A stretch of DNA of 63,139 nucleotides, filler included, from Chiloscyllium plagiosum (taxonomy: Eukaryota), in assembly GCF_004010195.1 (NCBI RefSeq). It is 4 parts of one record of this genome, joined end to end, with 100 filler letters (N's around TTAATTAATTAA, not from the genome) between each part and the next. Parts side by side here need not be neighbours in the genome. Positions count along the whole stretch, not along the records: positions 26,228 to 42,291 come from NC_057717.1; positions 42,392 to 59,144 come from NC_057717.1; 2 more parts are not named here. One strand, written 5' to 3'. The notes under the pieces were generated by a model, which ran no database searches, was not told the DNA's origin, and saw nothing but the letters and a program-made list of their open reading frames with translations. Position 1 is the first letter of the stretch. Each line of letters begins with the position of its first letter. The translations under genes were made by a program, and so were the position numbers. Of the stretch, positions 39,190-52,264 are shown in pieces.

Positions 39190-39695
39190 ATATTCCGTAC
39201 ACTGGCAATTGAAAACATTCTATTCGGGTGCATAATGGCCTGACATGGTAACTGGTCTGCCCAGAACCATAAGAAACTACAGACGGTTGTGTGCACAGCC
39301 CAGCCCATCACGGAAGACCACCTTCCGTCATTTATACTTGTCATTGTCGCAGAAAGGCTGGCAACATCAAAGATTTCTCCCAAGCCAGTCATGATATCCT
39401 ACAAACTCTTCCAACAGGGAGGAAACACAGAGGCTTGAAAACATGGACCAGCATGCTCAGGAACACTTCCTTCCCTACTATAATTAGACTGACGAATTGA
39501 CATCTCTAACTTTTGAAATAATATTAATCTTGCTAACGTCGATTTTGCTTTGCTCACCTCCTGTGAAGCTGTATGCCTCACTCTGTGTGAGTACCCCACG
39601 ATCTCTGTTTTCTTGTTTACTATCATGTGCCTGCACTACTCGAAAACAAACCTTTCCATTGTACATTTGACTAAAATAAATCAAATCAAATCAGA
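39190..39695 (+). mobile_element. Rex1/Babar 3' end fragment
   Basis: IENILFGCI-like DNA homologous to 35535-35700. The 3' UTR ends taaaataaatcaaatcaaatca. Confidence 0.7.
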
Positions 39696-39840
39696 TCGAT
39701 TACGTGTCCTGCAGTGGCTCAAGATCTTCTCAAGGGCAACTGTGAAAATGAACTAATGCTGGCCCAGTCAGAGATACCCCTATCCCGTTAACAAATATAA
39801 GGAGATGACCACACTCAGGGAATACTGACAGGGGAAATCA

Positions 39841-40140
39841 AATCGCTTTAAACATGGTCTTAGACAAATACAAGTTTCCCTCGCTATCTGAAAGAAACCG
39901 TTCGCAAGCTGATATGGTGTAAAGTGCAGTAGCACTAATTTATGTGGGACAAATTTCGCCTTTCTTCGTGAAAGTGAAAATCCTCTACCGATTTCTTTTG
40001 GTTAGCGAAACAAGGCGCTAATGTAGGTGATTCGGAAAGGGAAGTGGTGAAAAGCGAACTTTTGAAAAGTGGGGAATACCTGTATGTACATGGGCATGAT
40101 ATTCAGGAAGATGGAAATGGCGAAAAATAAATGAGGTGAA
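39841..40140 (+). promoter_or_regulatory. Candidate IRF/ISRE and NF-kB-like motif cluster in non-repeat, CpG-retaining DNA
   Basis: GAAAGAAACC at 39890, GAAAGTGAAA at 39970, GGAAAGGGAAGT at 40034, GAAAAGCGAACT at 40049 and GGGGAATACC at 40071. 12 CpG counted in 300 bp. Confidence 0.3.
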
Positions 40141-42291
40141 TCACACATTTTATTTCCAGCCCAGCTGATCATCATTCTCTTTGTTTGCTCTTTTTCTTCT
40201 ATTTCCCTCTTTCTCTATTGATTCCTTCTCCCCTTCAAAGCAGATTTCCCTGTCAACTGTATTAATCACATTATTTTCCAGCTGCTTTCTGTTCAGGAAA
40301 GTTCCCCAGCTCTTTCTGTTCGTTTCTTTGCATTGCCTTGTATAATTTCAGATTTTCAGCATCTTCCTTTATTTGATTTCACCTTCAATTTTGTTATTTC
40401 GTGGGACACTGGCATCTCTGCCAAGGGCAGCATTTGGTGACCATCACGAATTACCCTGACTCTGAGGCCATTCCACAAACCAATATAAAGTAAAGCACAT
40501 TGTCATAGGTGTGAAGTCTCACTTAACCCAGACCGGGTAATAACATTAGTTTTCTTTATCGAAGGTGATCAGTGATTTTTGTGAAATTCACTTTTATTCC
40601 AATTCTTATCAGTTTTATTGAAGTTCTGTCATCAGCTGTTCTGGAATTGAAACAAATCACTTGAAACAATAACTTCCTTTTCATAAGCTTTGCTCCTGAA
40701 TTACATCCAGCGACATTCCTACATTCATGTGTTAATCATGAAGTAACGTCCAAGACAAGAACAATTGTATGATAGAAATATTTGTAATCGGAAAAGTGGT
40801 CAGAAGAGAGCTTGAAACATTAAGTCTGAATTTTACCAACGTCTCGGCAATAGATTGCTCAGCATCAGCACTGACGCAGAGATGAAGATTGGGGATATTA
40901 GGAGCTGGTAGTGGACAGGTTTGGTGACAGAGAGAAAAGATGACATAAATCACTTCAGGGCAAAAAGGGATCTCGAGGTTTTGCACAGTTTTGTTCTCAG
41001 ATGTTTGTGAGGGAGTGGTCTGCAATTCATAGATAATGAATGGAGACTGCAATTGAAACTGTAGACAATAATTTCTTTCTCTGACAAATATAGATAACAG
41101 AAATTGCAACGAGGTTCAAACTTGTTTGCGGGATTAATGAATGGAGAGAGGCAGAGAACACCAACAATAGTGATAATAGGTTAGTAGCACACCCTCCACC
41201 CCGCCCAGCATAATCATCAGCACTGCTGATATCCGATATGGTAGAAATTCCCATCAGGGAGAAATCTTGAAAAGACTCAAGAAAAACCTCCTCTCCATTG
41301 TTGCAATGTTCCAGTCTGCTATTCCCAGATTCAGATCTGTCCTCTCTCTGTCTACGCAGCTGTTGATCTCTGTTACTGTTGGATTTGATGCATCTGCTAC
41401 TACAGTGGGATAACGCAATGAATGAAGACCCTTCACCAATAGGAGAGGGAAACCCTCCAGTGACACAGTTACATTGCATGGAGACTGACATTAATCATAA
41501 TCACTGAGCAACCAGTCCCAGCATTTCAATCCAGCACATTCAGTTGACAATATAACTGGACTGGACTACATTGACTATTGGTCAAATCTCCCATCACCAA
41601 TTGCTCTAGTGAAGTCAGTTGTGAGGGAGAATGATGGATGTTATCTTTTTGTAGGCTAGATGATTCTGCTCTGTTGTCTGTTTACTATGCTGTAACCATG
41701 TCTCCCCAAATCCCTCTTCCCCCCATAAGAAATACAACCAGGATGTTGTTACTCTGTTGTTCTCTCGTCCACGGGAACAAATGCCAGTCAACACACTGCC
41801 ACTGGGCACATTTACCCTGAATATTGATAGGAAGTGTGGACTTCTCTGAATGTTCCTCTCACTGCTCTAATAAGGCAACTTTGGAACTTCTTTAGGGAAT
41901 ATGCTTCAAAAATTTATTTATACAAATTGACAAACTTCTACATGCAGTTTTATTTGCTGTAAAACCGTATTTGTTTACACATTTTGGCCTCAGTCCAAAA
42001 CCAAAAGTGATAATTACAATGAACTTATTCATTAAAACTTATGAATTAATGAGTCAGCTTCGAATGAACATGACATTGGCTGGGAGAAAGGACAGAATGG
42101 GGATAGTGGCTGTGGAGACTGCATGGGGAGTACAATGATATTCCCCAGTCATTATCACTCTTTCTGCCAGACAGAATTAAATGTAATGCACAACAAGGAA
42201 ACAGCCAACATTTGGGAGATGCAATGCTGAATGACAATGTGAACTGAACAGGATCATTTTAAATGTGATAAAGTGAACTATATTTTATATA

Positions 42292-42391
42292 NNNNNNNNN
42301 NNNNNNNNNNNNNNNNNNNNNNNNNNNNNNNNNNNTTAATTAATTAANNNNNNNNNNNNNNNNNNNNNNNNNNNNNNNNNNNNNNNNNNNN
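42292..42391. other. Artificial assembly spacer
   Basis: 44 N + TTAATTAATTAA + 44 N. Confidence 0.95.
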
Positions 42392-45300
42392 CTGAACCAG
42401 ACTGGATGAACCCAAAGTTACTACAGGAAGCGAGCGGCGAGATTGCTGCATACTTAGCGATTATCTTTGCATCTTCACTGTCTACTGGAGTCGTACGAGA
42501 TGATTCGAGGTTGGCAAATGTTATTCCCTTGTTCAGTAAAGGGAATAGCGATAATCCTGGGAATTACAGACCTGTCAGTCTTCTGTCCGTGGTGTCCAGA
42601 TTATTGGAGAGGACTCTGAGAGAGCGGATTTATGACTCCGTAGAAAACCATAGTTTGATTAGAGATAGTATGGTTTTGTAAGGGGCAGGTCATGCCTCAC
42701 AAATCTTATTGAACCTATTGAGAATGTGACAAAACACTTTTATGGCTCATTCAGAAAGTACGGAGGCATGGGATACAGGGGAACCTGTCTGTCTGGATAC
42801 AGGATTACTCGCCCACAGAAGACAGATGGTGATGATAGATGGAAAGCATTCATCCTGGAGCTCAGTGACTAGTGGTTTTCTGCAGGGAGAGGTTACAGGG
42901 CCGTATCTCTTTGTGTGTTTAGGAATGACTTGGATGTGTGAGTGGAAGAGTGGGTTAGAAAGTTTGCCAATGAAACGAGGGTTGGTGGAGTGGTTGATAG
43001 TGTGGAGGGCTGTTATAGGTTGCAACAGACAATGACAGGATGTAGACTGGGCTGAGAAGTAGCAGATGGAGTTCAATCTGGAAAAGTGTGAAGTCATTCA
43101 TTTTGGAAGGTTGAATTTGAATGCAGAATGCAGGGTTCAAGGTAGGATCCTTGGCAGTGTGGAGGAACAGAGGTATCTTGGGTTCCAAGTCCCTCGATCC
43201 CTCAACGTTGCACCCAAGCTGAGAGCCTTGTTAAGAAGAAATATACTGTGTGGAATTTCATTAGTTTGGGGATTGAGTTTTAAAGCCGTGAGGTTATGCT
43301 GCAGCTCTATAGAGCTCTTGTTAGACCACACTTGGAATATTGTGTTCAGTTCTGGGCCCCTCATTACAGCAAGGATGTGGAAGCTTTAGAGAGGGTAAAG
43401 AGGAGAGTGCTGCCTGTACTGGAGGGCATGTCTTATGAAGAGAGGTTGAGGGAGTTAAGGCTTTTCTCATTGGAGTGAAGAAGGGTGAGGGGTGACTTGG
43501 TAGAGGTTAACAAGATGATGAGAGGCACAGAGAGAGTGAATATTGAGAGACATTTTTTACCTTGACATAATTAGCTATTACAAGGGGGTCTAATGTTAAG
43601 GTGATTAGCCAGTGGTTAAGGGGAGATTTCAGAGGTAGGTTTGTTACATTTAGAGTGGTGGGTGAGTGGAATTCACTGCCAGCAGTGGCAGTAAAATTAG
43701 ATGCATTTGGATCATTTAATATACTTCTGGATAGGCACATGAATCGTAGTAAAATGAAGGATATGTAGGTGAGTTTGATCTTACATTCGGATAAAAGATT
43801 GGCATGGCATTATGGCCGAAGGGTCTTGTGCTGTACTGTTCTGTGTTCTACTTTCCATGTGGTAAACTCGGTAATAAGCTCAGATCAATGTAAAAGGTTA
43901 TGACATTCAGGAGGAGCTAGTCAACTGGATATAAAATTAGCTTGATGGTAGGAGACAGAGGGTGATGGGAGACATGTTGTTTTTCTGACTGGAGGCATGT
44001 GACCAGCGGTGTAGTGGGTCCACTGTTTTTTGACATTTGGATAAATGGTTTGGATGGAAGTATTGGTTTCGTGGTAGTAAGCTTTTTTGGGTGACACTGA
44101 CATTGGTGGTAAAGTGGAAAGTGAAGAAGGTTATCTATGATACAATAGGATGAACAGTAATGCTGGGATAGAGGGATAAAGAATAGCAGATGGAGTTTAA
44201 TTAGATAAAGGTGAAGTGTTCTATTGTGGTGAAACAAACCAGGGTGGGACTTGTACAGTTAATGCTCGGACCCTGGGTTGTGTTGTCAGTCAGAGACCAA
44301 GGGATGCAGGTACACATTTCTTTGAAAGTGGTGTCACAGGTAGACAGGCTGGTGAAGCTGACGTTTAGGATGGTTACCTTCATTGGGTAGAGCATTGAGA
44401 GTAGGAGTTGGGATGTCATGGTGTGGCTGTACAAGACATTGGTGCAGCCTCCATAAAAGCATTGTTGATCAGTAGGAAGAACTCATCTGGTTCACTTACA
44501 TCCTTTAGGGAAGGACATGTGACATTCTAACCTGGTCTGGCTAATATGTGACTCCGGACCCACAGCAGTATGTCTGACTCTGAGCTACCCTCTGGATAAT
44601 TACCAGTGGGGCAACGTATGCTGGTCTAGGCAGTGACACCCACATTCCATGAATGAATAAATAAAATGCTTATGTCCATCCCTACCTCTGCAAACCCCTC
44701 CAGCTGCAGCGATCCGTGCTGGCTTTGTTTAGGCCCTGACCACTCTCTGTAACATTCTCACCACTTCCAGCATTTTCACCTCTCTCTGTTCCTATTGTGC
44801 CAATAAACCGTGACAATGATTCCCCTTCCCACTGCCCTCCTCCTGCTAGCAGACCCTATGCAATCCCTTTAATACTTACTCCTAAAACACTCTGTCAGTT
44901 CAGGATTTTAAGTATTTTTGGTGACCTTCTCAGCCTCATAATCTAAGATGATCCATTTTGTCCTGAGTGAGGGACCAGTGGGGATTTCTTGCTGAGGTTT
45001 TGTCTGTTTCAATGGAATGTCCTTTTGTTCAGTGTTTTACACTGTTCCTTCAAATGATTCCATTTCATTTACAGACACATATTTCAGACTGTTTAGCCTG
45101 TTTATCTTGGTCAGTTATTCTCTCAAACTCATGTAATTGGCTATTTTTGTTTTTAGATGCAGCTTGTCCTTTCTGTGATTCACTTTAAGATGTTATATTC
45201 CTTAAAGCTGCACTTTATCACAATTTGCCGGAGGATCTCTCCAGGTGAAATTAAGCATTCACTAAGTTTCATCGCGCAACGGTGGGTCTGAGATAGTTAC

Positions 45301-46660
45301 ATCCCGACCCAGTTGTACAATGATTTATTCAAAGAAACACTGAAAAAAATTCTCCGAACTCCTCTTGCAATATCACTCTTGTCAGGGTGATTGTCCCAGA
45401 TTATACGAATTTTGAAGTTTCACTGAATTATCATTATGCCTTTATCAAACATTCCAATGAGCTCCTGTGTAATGCAGGGAGGAACAATGGAATGCTGTTC
45501 GGTGGCTAAAACTGTTCTGCTGCTTGAGTCCTTGGCAAGTAGTAGCCAGAATTTACATTCAGGCACACTCTACTTCATGATCTGAGGTCAAATGCTTTCT
45601 CTGTGATTTTTTGTTATCCATTATTGTTAGTGTAACCCATTTTGCCTGAGTTTCCACAAGGTTGTGATCCATTGAATACTTTTGTTCGCCCTGAAAACAT
45701 GTCTCTCTGGTGTCTAAATCTCTTTTATCTCTGAGTCTTAAATCCATCTACCTTATTACAGCGACATTATCCATTAAAAAAAAACATAACTTACTTTTTC
45801 CTACAATTTTCTGTCACAGATCTATTCACTGATGTACAGTTTTAGTTAAATTTTGTCCCATCCTGTTCCTTTCTGCTTGTCTTCAGTCACATCCCCATGC
45901 TGTTCTGATGCTTCACCTTTTCTCTTTGGATTTGGAAAGCTCCTTTCACCTGTCCTCTGTCCCTGCATCCTCTCTGTCAGTTGAAAGATATGTCCATAAA
46001 CCTACCGACAGGATTGGCCAGGACACTGCTTCCCGCATATTCCAGTGGGACCATTCTAATGGATTATTTATTAAATCAGTTATGGGATGTTGGTGTCCCT
46101 GGCTGACCAGCATTTCTTGCCCAGCCCTAGCTGCCCTTGAACTGAGTAACTTGCTCGGCCATTTCAAGTGGGTCATTGAGAGGCAAACACTTTGCTGTGG
46201 GGATGTCGTGCAGACGTGAGGATGGGCAGATGTCCTTCTCGAAAGGACAAGTGTTTGGGTTTTTTGTCCAACAGCAATGGGCTCATACTTATTTATGGAT
46301 TATTATTATTTTTAAAACTATTGATTTAAAATGTCGCAATTTCAGATGGTGGGATTCAAACCTGCCTCCCCTGAACATTAGCTGAGGTTTTCGATACATT
46401 CTGTAGCAATAATACCACTAGGCCATCGCTTCACCTGCTCACTGGGTGCTCATCCCTGAGCACTGATCCCAGTGCATCATGAAGCTAAATCCATTCTTCC
46501 GACACAATTTTGTGATCCTGACATCTTCCAGCAATCTGGTGCTCTTACTTAATATCGCTCCATTTTCCAGATCTCTGTGGGGCCCAATGCCATTCTCCCT
46601 GTGTAACCCTCACTACATCAGTCTAATTCCCCATTGTGTCTATTCCTCTGTCTCCTGTAT

Positions 46661-46797
46661 GTATTCAGGAAGGTCCTGACTCAATAGTCTTCCCAGCTGC
46701 GGGGTGGATCGTCCATCACCACATTGAACACAGTTAGTTAGCCAGAGACAGACAAAGGGAAAAGAGATCTGCAGCCTTCAATAAATCCTGTAGTGAG
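46661..46797 (+). other. Exon-like cassette A, copy 3 (acceptor mutated tag>tat)
   Basis: tctcctgtat|gtattcaggaaggtcctgactcaa...gtagtGAG|gtaagat; closest to copy 2. Confidence 0.45.
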
Positions 46798-47455
46798 GTA
46801 AGATCGCTCACAGTGCACAGAGCAAAGAACTGTGAGAGGGTTCCAAACATCTGTGAACAAGACATGACATTTATACAGTGCTGGAGGGGTAGCACAGTAC
46901 AGACACATCCCAGGCTCAATCACCAACCATACTGTAAGTTCTGTTGTACTAAGACTCACTACCCTGCAACACTGTATCTGTGGCATGTCTTGTGGTCCAG
47001 TGTCTTTAATAAGATTTAATTCCTATAACATTTCCTATCTCTGTAACCTCCTCCCTTCCCGATAGTCTCGCCACATATTTGAAACATACTGCATTCCAGC
47101 CTATCATCCCTATCTCTGTAACTTGCTTCAGTGTCGACAACATGCTTTATCTCGGTAGTCTCCTCCTCCAATAACTGGAGACAGAGGAATGCAGCACGGA
47201 AACAGTTCTTTCGATCCAACCACTCCATGCTCACAAGAGTCCCTGAATGAGACGCGTTTCTCTACATTTGACCCATATCCCTTCAAACCTTCTTCTCACC
47301 ATGTACCTACCCAAATCTATTTTACATGTTGCTATTCTACTTCTCTCTACCACTTCCCCTGGAAGCTCATTCCACACCTGCACCATTCTCTGTGTTAAAA
47401 ATGTTCTCCAATTCCTTTAAAGTTTTTCCTCTCTCACCTCATATTTATGCCCTCT

Positions 47456-49030
47456 CGGCCATAGAACATGACAGCGCACTACAGGCCCTTCAGCCCTCAA
47501 TGTTGTGCCAACTTCTGGAACCAATCTGAAGCCCATCTGACCAACACTATTCCATTATCGTCCATATGCCTATACAACCACCATTTAAATACCCTTAAAG
47601 TTCGTGAGTCTACTACTGTTGCAGACAGTGCGTTCCACGCCCCCTACGACTCTCTGAGTTAAGAAGCTACCTCGGACATCTGTCCTACACCTATCTCCCC
47701 TCAATTTAAAGCTATCTCCCCTCTTGCAAGGCATTGCCTTCCGAGGGAAAAGCCTCTCAACCCATCTCACCCCGTGCTTATCCTATATACCTCAATTAAT
47801 TCGCCTCAAATGTTTTCTCTCGAACGAAAACAGCTTCAAGTGCCTCAGCCTTTCCTTGTAAGACCTTCCCTCCAGAACAAGTGACATCCTAGTAAATCTC
47901 CTCTGAACCCTTTCCAAAGCTTACACATCCTTGCTGTAATGTAGTGACCTGAACTGTAACCAATAACCCAGGTGTGGCCACCCACTAGTTTTGTGCAGCT
48001 GCAGCATGATCTCATTGTTCCGAAACTCAATCCATCTACCAATAGAAGGTAACACACCGAATGCCTTCTGAACAAACTTATCAACCTGAGTGACAATTTT
48101 CAGGGATCAATGTATATAGACACAGAGATCTTTCTGTTCACCGACACTACCAAGAATTTTACCATTAGCCCAGTACTCTGTGTTCCTGTTACTCCTTCCA
48201 AAGTGAATCACCTCACACTTTTCCATATTAAACTCCATTTGCGAACTCTCAGTTTAGCTCTGCAGTTTATCTCTGCCTCTCTGTTACCTATAACATCCTG
48301 CATCACTATGCACAACTCTACCAACCTTAGTGTAATCCGCAACTTTACTCATCCTTCAATGACAAGCAACAGTGGATCCAAAACACATCGTGGCGTTACC
48401 CCACTAGTAACTGAATTCCAGGATGTATATTTCCCATCAACCACTACTCTCTGTCTTCTTTCATTGAGCCAATTTCTGATCCCAACTGTGAAATTAACCA
48501 CAATCCCATGCCTCTGTATTGTCTGCAATAACTTACCATGGGGAGCCTTAACAAACTTAACAAACAAGCCTTACTGTAATCCAAAAACACTACATCAACT
48601 GCTTTACCATGATCCACCTCATTGATCACCTTCTCAAAGATCTCAGCGGTTTGCGATGCTCGACCTACCCTTCAAAAAAACGTGTTGACTATCCCTCATC
48701 AACTTATTCATCTCCAGATGGTTATAAATCCTATCTCTTATAAGCCTTTCCAACACTTCACCCAGAATGAAAGTAAGGCTTACAACTCGTATAGTTACCA
48801 GGGTTTTCTGTGCTTCCCTTCTTGGACAAGGGGACATTTGCTATCCTCCAGCCTTCTGGCACTATTCCTGTAGACAATGGCAACATAAAGATCAAAGCCA
48901 ATGACTTAGCAATCTCCTTCCTGGCTTGCAGAGAATACGAGGATAAATTCTATCCAGCACAGGGGACTTAGCTATCTTTACAGTTTGCAGAATTACTAAC
49001 ACGTTCTCCTTATGCACTTCAATCCCATCT
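47456..49030 (-). mobile_element. CR1 insertion specific to this paralog
   Basis: Antisense tail ccatagaacatgacagcgc and peptide AVDVVFLDYSKA. The flanks rejoin as contiguous sequence at ~19010-19020 in the other copy. Confidence 0.85.
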
Positions 49031-50967
49031 AGTTATGGACTCCACTACCCTGGGGTAAAGATGTTTGCTAATCAACTTACCTGTATCCCTCATGGTTTTC
49101 TAAACCTTTATACGATTACCCCTCAGCCACCTACGCCTAATGGAATACGAAGGACAATGATAGAAACATCTCTGCTCGTGTCCCTGCCACTACTTTGCCA
49201 CAATGTTCTGGGATACACTTGTTCAGGACCTGGGGCTTTCTCTACCTTTGTGTTCTAAGACCTCCAGCGCTACCTGTTCTGTAATGGGAACTCTTTTTCA
49301 AGACATCATTATTTCTTTCCCTTTGTTTCTTAGTCTTTGTCCACAGTGCGTTCTGACATGTATATTAATTTAGGGTCGCGCCCATCTCCTGTGGTTCCAC
49401 ATATGGATGGCCTCACTGATCTTTGAATGGCCCTATTGTCTCTCCATTTGTTTTTTTAGTCCTTGTATGCTATAGAAAACTCTTTGCATTCTCCTTAACC
49501 TTATCTGCCAAAGCTATCTCATTACCTCATGTTGCTTTCCAGCTTATCCAGATTCTCGGATTCTGTCAAACTCTTCAGCATCAGTAACATCTTCGTCAAT
49601 CTTTGCTCCAATTACAATTTCAGATAATGCTTCCTAAATCAGGATGATCAGAATCTTATGTAATACTCCAAAGCTATGCTGACTATCCCCAATTTATCCT
49701 TGCTTTGCAAATGCATGTAACTCCTGTTAAGCAGAATCATTCCCAACAACTTACTCACCACTGACATCCAGCTAATTGGTGTTTATGTCCCTGGCTTTCC
49801 CCTGCAGACTTTCCTAAATATTGGCACAACACCAGCCACACTCCAGGCTTTCAGCTCATCACCCGTGGCTGTCAGTGATAGAAAAATCTCTTTCTGTGAC
49901 CCCACAATTTCTTCCTGAGCTTCCCACATTATCCAGCGATGTACTTGATTAGTTCCCAGGGATTTGTCTACCTTTTATGCATTTAAAACCTCCAGTACCT
50001 CCTGTTCTGTAATGTGGACTCTTTTGAAGACATCATTGTTTATTTCCCTGACTTTGCCAGTCTTTCTTTACAGTAAGTTGAAACGTGAAATTTTCGTTTA
50101 GGATCTCAGCCATCTCCTCTGGTTCCACACTTGGTTGGCCCTCTTGATCATTAAGGAACCATATTCCGTCCGTATTTAATCTTCTGTTGTCAATATACTT
50201 ATATTTTCCTCAGTTTGATCTGCCAGAGCTTTCTGTGGTTCCCTTTGGCCCCTCCTGATTTCCCACTAAAATGTATTCCTCCACCCGCAATGTTCTTCAA
50301 TCGATTCCTTTAACCTAGCTGGCTATGTGTGACATGTGCTCCATTTCTCTTGATGTCAACCTCAACATCACCAGTCATTCAGTGTTTCTTACTTGTATCA
50401 GCATTATCCTTCACACGAACAGGAATGTGCTGGCCTGAACTCTCATTTTATCTCAAGTTTGAAAGCNNNNNNNNNNNNNNNNNNNNNNNNNNNNNNNNNN
50501 NNNNNNNNNNNNNNNNNNNNNNNNNNNNNNNNNNNNNNNNNNNNNNNNNNNNNNNNNNNNNNNNNNNNNNNNNNNNNNNNNNNNNNNNNNNNNNNNNNNN
50601 NNNNNNNNNNNNNNNNNNNNNNNNNNNNNNNNNNNNNNNNNNNNNNNNNNNNNNNNNNNNNNNNNNNNNNNNNNNNNNNNNNNNNNNNNNNNNNNNNNNN
50701 NNNNNNNNNNNNNNNNNNNNNNNNNNNNNNNNNNNNNNNNNNNNNNNNNNNNNNNNNNNNNNNNNNNNNNNNNNNNNNNNNNNNNNNNNNNNNNNNNNNN
50801 NNNNNNNNNNNNNNNNNNNNNNNNNNNNNNNNNNNNNNNNNNNNNNNNNNNNNNNNNNNNNNNNNNNNNNNNNNNNNNNNNNNNNNNNNNNNNNNNNNNN
50901 NNNNNNNNNNNNNNNNNNNNNNNNNNNNNNNNNNNNNNNNNNNNNNNNNNNNNNNNNNNNNNNNNNA

Positions 50968-51660
50968 AGAGTACAATGGGATCAACAGTACTGCTGGACC
51001 AATGATGTTAGGAATAGCAGGTGGAGAAATGCACGATGTTGCATTCTGGTAAAGCAGACCAGGACTGGACTTGTACAGTTAATGTTCTGGCCCTGAGTAG
51101 TGTTGTCAATCAGTGACCCAGGGATGCAGGTAGACAGTTCTTTGAAAGTGGCGTCACAGGTAGACAGGCTGTTGATGCAGGCATTTGAGGAGGTTACCTT
51201 CATTAGGTCACAGCATTGAGAGCAGGAGTTGGGATGTCATGTTGTATTCATACAGGACATTAGTGATGCCACCATATAAGCATTGTTGATTATCTGGAAA
51301 AGTGCAACTTGTTCACATATATCCTTTAGGGAGGGACATCTGACATTCATACCTGGTCTGGCTCACATGTGACTCCAGACTCACAGCAACATGGCTGACT
51401 CTGAGCTGCCTCTGGGCAATTAACAGTGGGGCAATGTATTCTCAGGTCATGAATGAATCAATGAAAATGCATGACCCTCCCTATCTCAGCAAACAGCTGT
51501 AGCAATTTGTACTGGTTTTGTAACACTGTTCAGGCCCTGGGCACTCTCTGCAACACTCTCACCACTTCCAGCACCTTTAATTCTCCCTGTTACTATCACC
51601 TGATTAAACGCTGACAATGTGTCCTCTTCCTACTGCACTCCTGCTCGGAGACTCCTTAGT
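50968..51660 (+). repeat. Additional copy of ~44140-44880 (reverse of ~21870-22620)
   Basis: Same CR1-to-SINE junction (acaggacattagtgatgccaccatataagcattgttgat) and the same downstream flank. Confidence 0.75.
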
Positions 51661-52264
51661 GATCTCTTTAACAAATGCGTCCACATTTCTAAACATTGGG
51701 TACTTCAGAATTGATCGTTTTTTTCATCTCTTAATCAAATCTGGTAACTCCTGGGAATTACTTGGCCAAGATCTTCTAAAGTAGGGGAGGACCATTGGGT
51801 AGGTGTCGAGCACCTTGAGACTTGATGTGGTGAAAATGGGAACCCAGGAGGAAACAGCACAAGAAGCTTGCTGTCACACCAACGCCCCACGTACCCCCTT
51901 CCCCCGGCCACCTTCTGCCCCAAGTGTACAGCCACCTACAGACTCACCCTGAGAGTGGGAGAGAGTCAGCCTCAGCAGTGACCCATCACCAATGAGATAG
52001 TGAGATAGGAAGATTGAATTCCCTCACAATTATCCCAGTTCCTTTATTACAAATTCCAATTATTCCCTGTTAATGCAGTGTCTAACAATGTAATGCTGTA
52101 AAAGGGCCTTAACACTATCATTCCAGTTTTGAGTTCTGACTGTTATTACTCAGAATTTGGATTCCTATTGTTTGATAATCTGAGGCCACATATTTTCCTG
52201 GTAATCCCCATTGTTATCCCTAACTGTGTGAGTCCCCCATCCTGCTTCCCATTCTGTCTGGTTT

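Larger units (their letters stand above)
42392..50110 (-). repeat. Inverted, diverged paralog of ~17310-24180
   Basis: The reverse complement is collinear through the CR1 nest, SINEs, exon cassette and flanks. It differs by a CR1 insertion (47456-49030) and by loss of ~17730-18395. Confidence 0.88.

Noticed and set aside
38668..39235. Hydrophobic membrane protein or R/E-rich protein ORFs
   Set aside because: Translation of CT-rich low-complexity DNA.
40732..41491. ORFs of 125 and 154 aa (-) and a possible 86-nt plus-strand exon near 41093-41178
   Set aside because: No recognisable domain. Part resembles decayed CR1 endonuclease, the splice signals are weak, and there is no paralog support.
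17310..50110. Giant genomic palindrome
   Set aside because: The arms lie on different pieces separated by artificial spacers, so their orientation and spacing are unproven.
50329..51096. Long ORFs of 180-255 aa
   Set aside because: They are open only because they run through about 500 N.
52170..52235. Exon 1 of the GPR139-like gene (hydrophobic frame ending near gtgagt)
   Set aside because: The implied intron would be only about 40 nt, and the peptide does not match the family's TM1 pattern.
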